Assembly (NCBI GenBank): GCA_016193335.1 | Contig: JACPSK010000001.1 | Location: 111,926 to 175,925 of the forward strand | Reading direction: 5' to 3' | DNA: 64,000 bases | Source: Candidatus Magasanikiibacteriota bacterium | GTDB taxonomy: Bacteria; Patescibacteriota; Patescibacteriia; Magasanikbacterales; UBA922 | In this document: piece after piece, positions 18,363-27,620 of the stretch | Layout of the letters: each line of letters begins with the position of its first letter | Position numbering within the stretch: the first letter of the stretch is position 1 | Made by a program: the position numbers and the translations under genes | The notes under the pieces: model-generated | What the model was told of the DNA's origin: nothing | Databases searched by the model: none | What the model saw: only the letters and a program-made list of their open reading frames with translations

Positions 18363-18434
18363 TACCGCCACGGGGAATCGAACCCCGATTGCATGGATGA
18401 GAACCATGCGTCCTAACCATTAGACGATGACGGC
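18363..18434 (-). tRNA. tRNA-Glu, anticodon CTC
   Basis: Reverse complement is GCCGTCA TC GTCT AATGGTTA GGAC G CATGG TTCTCAT CCATG CAAT CGGGG TTCGATT CCCCG TGGCGGT A. Glu-type D-arm (TC-GTCT...GGAC), 4-nt variable loop, perfect anticodon stem, loop TT-CTC-AT. The acceptor stem has two G-U wobbles including G1-U72, which is unusual. Confidence 0.6.
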
Positions 18435-18584
18435 ATTGATAAACAAAACAAGAGATAGTGTATAAAAAAAATAAGAACACGTCAACTCCTATATTGCTTC
18501 ACAAGATATGGGAAGAATCGCCACGCCAAGAGATACGCGCGTCGTGATTCGCGAGCTTGCCGACGTAAAAATTGATTTGTAGGA

Positions 18585-20357
18585 TCAATCCCGCCCGGGC
18601 GGCACTTGATAATAATCCAGAATAAACGCGGCTATTTTGCCGAAAGCCGGCACGGCGGTGGTCTCCGCGTATTCTGCTTTCGGTTTTTCAAATTTCACCA
18701 ACATCACAAACTTTGGATGATCCACAGGAGCGAAACCGACAAAAGAATGATTGGTTTCTTCTGTATAACCTCCGGGACCCGGTATCTGAGCAGTGCCCGT
18801 TTTCCCGGCCACATAATATCCTTTTATCCGAGCGGCCTTGGCATGGCCATAGTCCACCGTCCTCACCAACATGCCTGAAAGCAAAGACGCGGCCCTATTG
18901 TTCAGCACCTGTTTAATTTCTTGAACTCTGGTTCTTTCGACCGTACCGTCAGAATGTCTGATTTCCTGCACAAGATATGGTTTTAATAAACGGCCACCAT
19001 TCGCGATAGCTGCGTACGCGGCCGTCATTTGCAAAGGCGTTACCGTAATGCCCTGTCCGAATGAAGCGGTAGCCGCGTAACAATCCAATTGATCTGTGCT
19101 GTGTATATATAAAGAGTCTATGTTTCCGTTCACTTCTGTGTCAAGTTCAATGCCTGTTTTCACGGAAAAACCGAACTTTTCCACATAATCAACCAGACGA
19201 TTCTTGCCCAATTTCTCGGCAATATGCACCATGCCCGTATTTATAGAATTTACCAGTACACCGGTCATATCGGTCTGCTGATATGATTTTCTGCCGGCAT
19301 TTCTGATAGGAGTCTGACAGATACCTGGCCTAGAACCTTCATCATAAAAGGGAGTATTCTGATCTACGACTTCTTCATTCAAAGCCGCGGCCATGATGAT
19401 GGGCTTATAAATGGAACCAGGCTCATAGGGTGTAAAGATGGCGCTATTGTTGTATACCTCAATATTTTCCACGGCGCTGTACGCATTTGGATCAAAATCC
19501 GGCAAAGAACATAAAGCTATCAGAGCGCCCGAATAGGGATCCATAACAATGGCCGTGGCGCTCTTGGCTCCATATTCTTTCATGGATTCTCGGAGCACTT
19601 CACAGGTTTTATATTGAATACTGCGATCGATGGTCAACAAAAATTCTGAACCATCTTGCGCGGGTTTGAACAATCTCCCTGCCAAAGAAATCCAGCCGCC
19701 CTTGGCGCTGCGCACGCCTTCGGAAAATCCTCCTCTCCCGGAGAGGGTGTCTTGCCAATAGCCTTCAATACCATAGCGACCTGCGATAGTCCCTTCAGTG
19801 TCCTGGCCCAGGAAACCGGCTACATGAGCGGCGAGTTTTCCTTCTGGATAAAAACGTTTGTCCTGCCTCACAAAATGAAGGCCGGGCAACCCGAGGCTTG
19901 AGATCTGGTCCGCCAGATTTTGATCAATATCTTGTTTGAGTGGCTCGTAAGGATCACTTCGTTTATTAAGACTGAGAGATATATTCAACTTCTTTTCATC
20001 GTCAAAATTGAATATCCGCGCGAGTTCATTCGCCACCCGATTTGCTTCGTCGTCGCTTCTTATTTCTCTGGTATCGGCATACAACAAAAAAACATCTTTA
20101 TTGATGGCCAAAGGAAATTCCTCTTTGCTCCTTGTGTCCTGGATAAAAATGTCACCGCGCCGAGGCACCAACTTTTCATACATTTCATGAGAATCTGCCG
20201 CGAGAGCCGCGTAAAAACTATGCTGTATAACCATCAAAATAAAAAGGCGTACGATAATAATAAACGATATTAAAATAAAAAAAACAGAAACCGCTCTGAT
20301 CCGAGAGTCGCGTTCAACGTTTTGCATCCGATGAATTTTGCCGGAATTCAAAATCAT
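18585..20357 (-). CDS. Peptidoglycan D,D-transpeptidase, class B penicillin-binding protein (FtsI/PBP2-like)
   Basis: N-terminal TM, dimerisation domain, transpeptidase motifs SIYK (SxxK), SIN (SxN) and KTGTAQ (KTG). Start moved to the internal Met MILNSGKIH (ATG complement 20357-20355), because the track ORF otherwise overlaps pilT by 86 nt. Confidence 0.85.
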   Translation of the reverse strand: MILNSGKIHRMQNVERDSRIRAVSVFFILISFIIIVRLFILMVIQHSFYAALAADSHEMYEKLVPRRGDIFIQDTRSKEEFPLAINKDVFLLYADTREIRSDDEANRVANELARIFNFDDEKKLNISLSLNKRSDPYEPLKQDIDQNLADQISSLGLPGLHFVRQDKRFYPEGKLAAHVAGFLGQDTEGTIAGRYGIEGYWQDTLSGRGGFSEGVRSAKGGWISLAGRLFKPAQDGSEFLLTIDRSIQYKTCEVLRESMKEYGAKSATAIVMDPYSGALIALCSLPDFDPNAYSAVENIEVYNNSAIFTPYEPGSIYKPIIMAAALNEEVVDQNTPFYDEGSRPGICQTPIRNAGRKSYQQTDMTGVLVNSINTGMVHIAEKLGKNRLVDYVEKFGFSVKTGIELDTEVNGNIDSLYIHSTDQLDCYAATASFGQGITVTPLQMTAAYAAIANGGRLLKPYLVQEIRHSDGTVERTRVQEIKQVLNNRAASLLSGMLVRTVDYGHAKAARIKGYYVAGKTGTAQIPGPGGYTEETNHSFVGFAPVDHPKFVMLVKFEKPKAEYAETTAVPAFGKIAAFILDYYQVPPGRD

Positions 20358-20370
20358 GTTGGCATGGAAT

Positions 20371-21414
20371 TCAGGAGCTGAGCATTTTTTTGTGTCTAAA
20401 AGACCCCGCGTCCGCGCTTTCTCGCGAAATAAGGCCGGCATCAAAGAGAGCGGCAAGCGAATGCTCCATAGTAATCATGCCATCTTTGAGACCGGTTTCA
20501 ATGGCGCTATAAAGCTGTGTTATATTATTGGTCCGTATCAGATTGGCAACCGCGGGAGTATTGACGAGAATTTCTCGCACTGCCACCCGAGCGCCCTTAA
20601 GAGTGGGCAACAAGTGCTGAGCTACGACGCCCCTCAACACAGAGCTCAGCTGTATCAAAATTTGTTTTTGTTTTGATCCTTCATACGCGTCTATGATTCG
20701 TTCTATGGCCTCTGCGGCGCTTGAGGTGTGCAAGGTTGAAAAAACCAAATGCCCTGTTTCCGCGGCACTCAAAGCCGTGGAAATGGTATCCGGGTCTCTC
20801 ATCTCACCGAGCACTATGACATTGGGGTCCTGGCGCAAAACATGCTTAAGAGCCGAGGCAAAAGAAATCGTATCTGCTCCCACTTCTCGCTGTTCTATTA
20901 AACTAAGTTTATCTTTGAACAAAAATTCTATGGGATCTTCTATCGTTATTATATGGGATTTTCGCGTCTGATTGATTTGTTCAACCATGCTCGCTATGGT
21001 GGTGGATTTGCCATGTCCTGTTGGCCCGACTACCAAAACCAAACCATCTCTCAGATGAATAAATTCCTTAAGAGGCGCTTCAAAACCCAATTCCTCAGGA
21101 CTGGGAATAGTGCTTGGCACCAAACGGCAAGACATCCCTATATTTTTGTCTTGCATATGAATGTTCAGACGAAAGCGCTGGCCTTTGTACTCGTGAGCAA
21201 AATCAAGATCGCCTGTTTTTTCAAATTCACCGCGCTGAGCTTCGGAGCATAAGGACAAGAGTTCTGCCTTTAATCCCTCATTATCAAGAGGCGTTTCAGA
21301 CACTGTTTTGAGTTCCCCTTCTATTCTCACGGTAGGCAATTCTGCCCCGACGAGATGCAGGTCCGAGGCTTTTTGTGCTATACAGAGATCAAAATAGCTT
21401 TCCAAAATTTTCAT
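20371..21414 (-). CDS. pilT: Type IV pilus retraction ATPase PilT/PilU family
   Basis: 347 aa. Walker A GPTGHGKST, Asp box, His box TLHTSSAAE. Stand-alone: no other pil genes in the window. Confidence 0.9.
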   Translation of the reverse strand: MKILESYFDLCIAQKASDLHLVGAELPTVRIEGELKTVSETPLDNEGLKAELLSLCSEAQRGEFEKTGDLDFAHEYKGQRFRLNIHMQDKNIGMSCRLVPSTIPSPEELGFEAPLKEFIHLRDGLVLVVGPTGHGKSTTIASMVEQINQTRKSHIITIEDPIEFLFKDKLSLIEQREVGADTISFASALKHVLRQDPNVIVLGEMRDPDTISTALSAAETGHLVFSTLHTSSAAEAIERIIDAYEGSKQKQILIQLSSVLRGVVAQHLLPTLKGARVAVREILVNTPAVANLIRTNNITQLYSAIETGLKDGMITMEHSLAALFDAGLISRESADAGSFRHKKMLSS

Positions 21415-21432
21415 AGTTAAGACGGCTATCTG

Positions 21433-21462
21433 TAATTTACAGTTTTTAATTTATAATTTTTA
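21433..21462 (-). repeat. Partial, inverted copy of the repeat-element tail
   Basis: agtttttaatttataattttta is the exact reverse complement of 6051-6072 (22 of 22), with a similar adjacent tgtaatttac; located upstream of pilT. Confidence 0.5.
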
Positions 21463-21590
21463 TTAATCCAGCCAGGCAGCCTCTAGACTCCACATACAAG
21501 CGCCCCCTAACTCCCCTCTCTTTATCATTATACAGTGTAACACATTTTTTCCAGAGCTTAAACGGAAAGATAAACGCACTTTTTATAAAA

Positions 21591-21620
21591 ATAAAAAGCC
21601 CTCAAGGGGCACAAATTGAA
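21591..21620 (-). terminator. Probable rho-independent terminator for the YtxH-like gene (minus strand)
   Basis: GCCC-cttga-GGGC hairpin followed on the minus strand by TTTTTATTTTTAT. Confidence 0.4.
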
Positions 21621-21677
21621 AATTTATAAAAATTTCTACCTTTAAAAACTCCTGCCATTCTGAAAAGGAAACCCCTG

Positions 21678-22013
21678 CTATTTTTTATTTTTTTTCTTCG
21701 CCTTAGCATCTTTTTTAAGGCGGCTCCATTGGTTCGCCAAAATACTGAGAATAGTAGCTTTTACCTGCGCTGGCAAGGCGTGCTCGGCCGTGTAGGCATT
21801 GACGGTGTCTTTGACCATCATTACATATTTATGCTTGGTGAGCTGTTCCCATGATCCCGAATCTTGTATCTGCTTCAAAACTTTTGAATAAATAAGAGCC
21901 GCCTGGTCCAAAATTTCGTCTCTCAACAAACGGCCTTTTTTGGTGGCATTGAGCCAAACCATTCCAGCGCCAAGAAGACTGCCTAGAATAAAACCTTTTT
22001 TGAATGTTCCCAT
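21678..22013 (-). CDS. YtxH-like (DUF948) small membrane-anchored protein
   Basis: MGTFKKGFILGSLLGAGMVWLNATKKGRLLRDEILDQA matches the YtxH N-terminal pattern (GxxxG helix then KSG-x-LRDE). Lys-rich C-terminus. Confidence 0.5.
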   Translation of the reverse strand: MGTFKKGFILGSLLGAGMVWLNATKKGRLLRDEILDQAALIYSKVLKQIQDSGSWEQLTKHKYVMMVKDTVNAYTAEHALPAQVKATILSILANQWSRLKKDAKAKKKNKK

Positions 22014-22056
22014 AGAAAAAAATTATTTTCTCCAAATTAATTTTACTATACCACAG

Positions 22057-23256
22057 TCAAGATCGAGCCTGCAAATTCTGATACACATTTTCCAGCCTCT
22101 TTGCTATAAGCGGCCATGCGTATTTTTCTTCTGCCGTTAAACGGACCTGTTTTTCCCACATTTCCTCGTTTTCTTGATCCAAGAAATAACCGAACAAAGC
22201 TTCGGCAAGATCTTGATGATCTCCTGCCCTAAAAGTCACTCCCCCTTCTTCTGCAAGTGAACGAACGCCGGGCAAATCACTGGCGAGAACCGGCACCCCG
22301 CTCGCCATGGCTTCGAGAAGGACCATCCCAAAAGCCTCAGAACTATTAATCGAAGGCAAAACAAAAAGATCGGCCATATTGTAATAATAAGGCAATTCCA
22401 GATCAGAAACAGCGCCGACAAAACGGATGTGTTCATGTATCCCATATAAAACGGCTTGTTCTTCATAAGAGCGTCGTAAAGAACCTTCACCCACCAAGAC
22501 TGCCTGAAAATGCAGTCCCCGCGTGTGTTTGAGCGAAGTGAGAGCTTTCAAAAAAACAGGGATGCCTTTAAAATAATGCGCTTCATCCATACCGCCCACG
22601 AACAAGACAAGAGGAGTTGAAATTTCCAGTCCCAAATGCTCAAACAATGCCCGTGGTTTGGGACGGGGTTGAAATATCTCAGTATCAACTCCAAAAGGAA
22701 TTTCTGTCCATTTTTCAGGGTGATGTTTAAAATGCGGCAAAGCATGGCTATGCTGAATATAATCCAAGGAACTGCTGACAAGACTATCGGCGCTATCCAA
22801 AATTTTTGGCATCCACCATTCAGCATAGAGCTTGAAAAACAAACCTTTCCAGCCTTGGGATCGGGGATCCATATGATACGTAATAACCAAGGGTTTGTGT
22901 GGATTGCGTTTTTTCCATTTTCTAACGAGATTGGCAGTGCCAAAAAACGGATAATGCAAATGAACAATATCCGCGTCTTGAAGTTCTGATTCTATATCGC
23001 CAAGACGAGCGGCATTCCCGTAGTGCAAACTCGGTTTCAAGCGTTTCGCAAAGTCAATCCGCTCTTTCAGCTCGTCTGAATGCTCTTCGACCGAAAGGGC
23101 ATTGGCAGGACGCAATTCCCGTTCTTCATAGTATTCCGGAGTCAATACCAAGACTTCATGGCCCAACTTGGAAAGCTCCGCCGCGCTCTTGAAAACGACA
23201 TTACCCATGCCGCTGTAGTAAGGAGGATAACGACAGACGATGTGAACGATATTCAT
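22057..23256 (-). CDS. Glycosyltransferase family 4 (GT-B, retaining)
   Basis: Start at MNIVHIVCRYPPYYSGMGNV. C-terminal EAFGMVLLEAMASGVPVLASDLPG is the GT4 signature. Confidence 0.8.
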   Translation of the reverse strand: MNIVHIVCRYPPYYSGMGNVVFKSAAELSKLGHEVLVLTPEYYEERELRPANALSVEEHSDELKERIDFAKRLKPSLHYGNAARLGDIESELQDADIVHLHYPFFGTANLVRKWKKRNPHKPLVITYHMDPRSQGWKGLFFKLYAEWWMPKILDSADSLVSSSLDYIQHSHALPHFKHHPEKWTEIPFGVDTEIFQPRPKPRALFEHLGLEISTPLVLFVGGMDEAHYFKGIPVFLKALTSLKHTRGLHFQAVLVGEGSLRRSYEEQAVLYGIHEHIRFVGAVSDLELPYYYNMADLFVLPSINSSEAFGMVLLEAMASGVPVLASDLPGVRSLAEEGGVTFRAGDHQDLAEALFGYFLDQENEEMWEKQVRLTAEEKYAWPLIAKRLENVYQNLQARS

Positions 23257-23266
23257 AATACGATCT

Positions 23267-23593
23267 TCATTTTTTTTCCAGGCTTTCTTTTCTAACGATC
23301 TTCGTAAGATCACGATTCATTGATTCTATTTTTATATGCAGACGCAATAAAATATAAAACATAAAAGCAAGCGAAACATAAACCACGAGATCGGCTCCTC
23401 TGCCAATCCCAAAATACTCGGCCACAAATTCCGTACTGTTCGGCCAAAATACTACGACAATCGCTAAAAACCAAAACAGAATCCAAAAGATAAGGGCTCT
23501 GAGACTCAAAAGTCCTTCTGACCTTCGTTTTATCACGGCGCTGATCACGAAAACGGCGAAAGAAACAAAAAAGATTTGAAATACATTCAACAT
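23267..23593 (-). CDS. DUF2304-like small membrane protein
   Basis: 108 aa, three TM segments. Lies directly upstream of a Dpm1-like GT2; proteins of this kind often accompany such GT2 genes. Confidence 0.5.
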   Translation of the reverse strand: MLNVFQIFFVSFAVFVISAVIKRRSEGLLSLRALIFWILFWFLAIVVVFWPNSTEFVAEYFGIGRGADLVVYVSLAFMFYILLRLHIKIESMNRDLTKIVRKESLEKK

Positions 23594-23624
23594 AATACGG
23601 GTATCTTATTCTTGTATATTATAG

Positions 23625-24284
23625 TCACACAAAACGGCCGAGGATCAGATCCTTAAGAATCTCGAAACCAGAACCAAATCCTTGTCCATATTCCTTATAA
23701 TGAACGTGTACCGGATATTCCACATAACTCAAATTATATCTGCGGACCAGCACTGGAATTTCTGTGGCATGAGCCATTCTATCCTGAGATATGATTATAC
23801 GGCCAAGAGCTTTCTCTGATAATATCCTAAATCCATTATGGCTGTCTGACAATGGCACGGCGCCCGACAAACGGTCAATATGTTTTGCAAGAGGCAAAAG
23901 GATGTTTCTTTTGAGCCAGGGAATCTGACAGGATGATTCTTTTAAAAAACGCGAACCAAAAAGAACATCCGCTCTCTGCTTTCGGATATATGCCAAAGCC
24001 CCCGGAATATCCGCGGGATCAAACTGACCGTCAGCATCGAAATGGAGCGCGTATTCTGCTCCTATTTTTTTGGCGTATTCGTGTCCGGTCTGCAAAGCAG
24101 CCCCTTGCCCTCTGTTTATCTTATGCCGTAAAACAAAAGCTCCTGCCCGATCCGCCTCACGCGCCGTACAGTCTTCCGAAGCATCATCAATCACTACCAC
24201 GCGATCTAAGAGCGGCAAAAGACTTTCCACCACTCCTCTCACACGATGTTCTTCATTATAAGCCGGCAAAAGGGCTACAATCAT
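23625..24284 (-). CDS. Glycosyltransferase family 2 (polyprenyl-phosphate sugar synthase-like)
   Basis: MIVALLPAYNEE, VVVIDDASEDCT, HFDADGQFDP (DxD), GSRF: the GT2 Dpm1/GtrB-like pattern. Confidence 0.8.
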   Translation of the reverse strand: MIVALLPAYNEEHRVRGVVESLLPLLDRVVVIDDASEDCTAREADRAGAFVLRHKINRGQGAALQTGHEYAKKIGAEYALHFDADGQFDPADIPGALAYIRKQRADVLFGSRFLKESSCQIPWLKRNILLPLAKHIDRLSGAVPLSDSHNGFRILSEKALGRIIISQDRMAHATEIPVLVRRYNLSYVEYPVHVHYKEYGQGFGSGFEILKDLILGRFV

Positions 24285-24357
24285 ATGATACTAAATTTCT
24301 CATTCACAGAATCAAACCATACGCCTGTCCTCATTTCATCAGAATTCAAGGGATTAT

Positions 24358-25389
24358 TTACTGGATATTATGATTCATGAGCAAGGCTTCTTTATTTGCG
24401 AGCGTATAATCTATAGTTCTCCGTAAACCATCTTCAAGGCGTATAAGAGGGATCCAGGAAAGTTCTTCTTTGGCTCTTCTCAGATCCGGAGTGCCTTTTT
24501 TACTCAAAAAAATAAGAGGCTCTTCAAAAACGATTTCAGAGGAAGAATTGGTCATGCGTATAATCTCTTTTGCCACATCAGTCATCTTGTGAACCTGGTC
24601 TGATCCTATATTTACCAAAGAAGTCTGAGGACTGGTTTCCATGAGCCGCACCAAAGCGTCTATAACATCTGAAACATAACAGAGGGAAAATTCAAGAGAA
24701 TCATCTCCGTACAAAATCAAGGGCCTGCCTTCGAGAGCGCTTAAAATAAAATCCGGTATAAGAAGTCCATCATGCAATTTCATGCGCGGGCCGTAGGTGG
24801 TAAATATACGGGCTATTTTTACGTCAAGTCCATATACTTGCTTGTAGGTTTCAACACAGGTTTCCGCGAAACGCTTGCCCTCGTCGTAACAAGCCCGAGG
24901 AGAAAGATGATCGAGCAAACCTTCATTTTCTTCAGAAAAAAAATGTTGTTTTTCCGTGGCAGGCCCATAAACCACTGAGCTTGAAGCAAAGACATATTTT
25001 GCCTTGTGGCGAACAGCCAAATCCAGGGTCGAAAGCATGGCGCTTGAATTGGCCCATAATGAATGAATTTTTAAATTTTCGAAATTGCGAGGACTGGTGG
25101 GACAGGCCAAATGATAAATTTCCTGGATGCCTTGAAACTTGAGCCTAAACTTTTCGAGCTCAGGAAAGTCTTCGAGATCAATAGCTTGATTAACATCATA
25201 CTTGATAAATTCAAAATCAGGATATTGTAAAAGATGCTCCACATTCATGATATGCGAATTGGACAAATCATCCATGCAGATGACTTTTGCCTCTTTGAGA
25301 AGCCGCTCACACAAATGCGACCCCAAAAATCCGGCCCCGCCGGTAACCAAAACATTTTTCTTATCAAAAATGGGATTATCTCCTATCAT
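24358..25389 (-). CDS. NAD-dependent epimerase/dehydratase, UDP-glucuronate decarboxylase (UXS)-like extended SDR
   Basis: Start at MIGDNPIF (ATG complement 25389-25387). VLVTGGAGFLGSHL, YDEGKR catalytic YxxxK, IARIFTTYGPRM resemble UXS/ArnA-C. Confidence 0.7.
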   Translation of the reverse strand: MIGDNPIFDKKNVLVTGGAGFLGSHLCERLLKEAKVICMDDLSNSHIMNVEHLLQYPDFEFIKYDVNQAIDLEDFPELEKFRLKFQGIQEIYHLACPTSPRNFENLKIHSLWANSSAMLSTLDLAVRHKAKYVFASSSVVYGPATEKQHFFSEENEGLLDHLSPRACYDEGKRFAETCVETYKQVYGLDVKIARIFTTYGPRMKLHDGLLIPDFILSALEGRPLILYGDDSLEFSLCYVSDVIDALVRLMETSPQTSLVNIGSDQVHKMTDVAKEIIRMTNSSSEIVFEEPLIFLSKKGTPDLRRAKEELSWIPLIRLEDGLRRTIDYTLANKEALLMNHNIQ

Positions 25390-25393
25390 ATAC

Positions 25394-27517
25394 TTAAAAT
25401 AATGGAATAATCCGGTACGGAATGAGCAAATTCTGTCCAAAAGGCCACCAGTCGGCGAGTTTTCGCGATCGTCTGTCCCAGACACGAAGAGGCTGAGACC
25501 CGTCAAGCGCGCTTACCAACACATCGTCAGATCCGTCGTTGTCGTAATCGAGAACACTGGCTTGGATTCCAGCCCTGTAAACAGGATCATAGGCAGTGAA
25601 TTTTCGTTTTAATGATCCGTCCCGGTAATAATAGCTGAGTGTCGGATCTTGATCCGGCCCTGAACCTACTATATACTCGGCCCTTCCATCACCATCTATA
25701 TCACCGGCGACCACAGTGCCACCAAGAGCATAAGCCGGAAGTTCTATACTCTGTTGAATATCATATTGTGTTTCTGAAACCCTGTATTCTTCGAGAAGGG
25801 GTACTCCCTCATACTGATATAATACCACAATATGTTTTTTCCCTTGGGCTCCGAAATCCTCATACGCATTGTCGATAAGTGATAAAGAAACACCATGATG
25901 TTTGGATATTTCTTTTTTTTCAGCAATGAGTTCTCCGGAAATTGAATAGACTGAAAATATACTCTGCTCCGAAGTGGCAGGATATAAAATAATTTCTACC
26001 TCGTCACTCCCCAGCAGGTCACCCACCGCGACTCGAAGCGGACCTTGAGAAGGAACTTCCCATCTGTACAACACATGCCAACGCTGATCATAGATAGTTA
26101 GCTCTCTGGCATCTTGATTTTTTTTACGAGCTATAACGTTTCGTCGCTCTTGATTTGAAACCTGATAAGAAACAAAATCATCACTATCCACGAGCCCCAA
26201 GCGTACAAAAGAATTTAAATTGCCCGTGGCAATATCTTGCAAAACGACTTTGCCTGTTTTGGGGTCAAAAACCATTAGATCCTTGCGAAGCGAGACGATT
26301 TTCTCCAATACTTGAGTTTTTTCAACAGGGACTGTTTCGATTTTTCCGTCTGAAAGGTCTTCTGTACCTTGGTCCAAAGCATACTGTACCGCCTTGCCAA
26401 CCTGTACCAAGCCCGATCCAAAAAGATGAGCGTATATAGCTTCATCTTGGCCGGGAGTATGGTGCACGGTCTTTAAAATGGCATCATAAATTTGATCAGG
26501 CGTCCAAGAAGGCTGAACACTTTTGATAAGAGCGGCTGTCCCGGAAATGAAAGGAGCCGCGAATGAAGTACCCTGCCAATCTGTAGAATATCGCTGATTC
26601 AGGCCATTTTTAGGAGAATAACGTATAGTGGAACCGAGAGAGACTCCCGGAGCTGTGATATCTATGCACTGCGACCCATAATTAGAAAACTGGGCGATGC
26701 GCCGCTCTTTATCTATAGCACTCACACCGAGCACCAGCTCCTCGCTTTCTGTACTGTCTGAACAAATCGGATAATAAGGCAGCGTATTCAAATCACGAGA
26801 ATCATTGCCCGCGGCCGCAATCATGAGCACTCCCTTTGCGTGAGCATAGAGAACAGCCTTTCTCAAATCCGGTTCTTCATACGTGCCAACCATGCTGACA
26901 TTTATAATATTTGCTCCATTGTCCACCGCGTAATAAATGGCCTCTGGCAGACTGAGCAAGCTTCCCACGCCGGTATTGTCTATCACTTTGATATTCATCA
27001 AACGAACATTCCAGTTTAAACCAGCGCCGTCTTTGCCATTATCTCCTCGCGCGCCTATAATGCCGGCGACTATGGTCCCATGATTGAATATGCCTTCTTT
27101 TTTTTCTTCTGAAGACAACATGGATACCGTGGGCCTTGGTTCCTTATTCCCTTTAATTTCACCAGCATCTACCAGGCCATCTCCATTAAAATCTTCCTGA
27201 ACAAAATTCCAACCCCAGACATCGTCTATATAGCCGTTTGCATCGTCGTCCACTCCATTGTCCGGAATTTCATCATCATTTTTCCATACATTATCCCGCA
27301 GATCCGGATGAAAAGTATCAAAACCATTGTCTATCACAGCCACAACCACGTCTTTGGATCCTGTGGAAATGTCCCAGGCAGAATAAACACCAGCATCTTC
27401 ATAAGCCCACTGATAAACATAAGGGTCATCGCTCATTTTCGCTTGAGCCGATTCCGCGTATCCAAAAAAGCGAGCCGCGAGTAAACAAAAAAATAAAACG
27501 AAACCCTGTTTTCTCAT
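25394..27517 (-). CDS. Secreted S8 (subtilisin-like) serine peptidase with C-terminal repeat/FG-GAP-like domain
   Basis: Signal peptide MRKQGFVLFFCLLAARFFGYAESAQA. Catalytic triad contexts VAVIDNG (D), HGTIVAG (H), GTSFAAPFISG (S). C-terminal VAGDIDGDGRAEYIV repeats. Confidence 0.85.
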   Translation of the reverse strand: MRKQGFVLFFCLLAARFFGYAESAQAKMSDDPYVYQWAYEDAGVYSAWDISTGSKDVVVAVIDNGFDTFHPDLRDNVWKNDDEIPDNGVDDDANGYIDDVWGWNFVQEDFNGDGLVDAGEIKGNKEPRPTVSMLSSEEKKEGIFNHGTIVAGIIGARGDNGKDGAGLNWNVRLMNIKVIDNTGVGSLLSLPEAIYYAVDNGANIINVSMVGTYEEPDLRKAVLYAHAKGVLMIAAAGNDSRDLNTLPYYPICSDSTESEELVLGVSAIDKERRIAQFSNYGSQCIDITAPGVSLGSTIRYSPKNGLNQRYSTDWQGTSFAAPFISGTAALIKSVQPSWTPDQIYDAILKTVHHTPGQDEAIYAHLFGSGLVQVGKAVQYALDQGTEDLSDGKIETVPVEKTQVLEKIVSLRKDLMVFDPKTGKVVLQDIATGNLNSFVRLGLVDSDDFVSYQVSNQERRNVIARKKNQDARELTIYDQRWHVLYRWEVPSQGPLRVAVGDLLGSDEVEIILYPATSEQSIFSVYSISGELIAEKKEISKHHGVSLSLIDNAYEDFGAQGKKHIVVLYQYEGVPLLEEYRVSETQYDIQQSIELPAYALGGTVVAGDIDGDGRAEYIVGSGPDQDPTLSYYYRDGSLKRKFTAYDPVYRAGIQASVLDYDNDGSDDVLVSALDGSQPLRVWDRRSRKLADWWPFGQNLLIPYRIIPLF

Positions 27518-27620
27518 AAGACTTTGATAAAGCCAGATACTTGTTTTCCCGCCAAAAATATGATATACATTAAGATAAAATCTTTACCAGTATATCATAG
27601 CATTTTACAAAGATACAACT

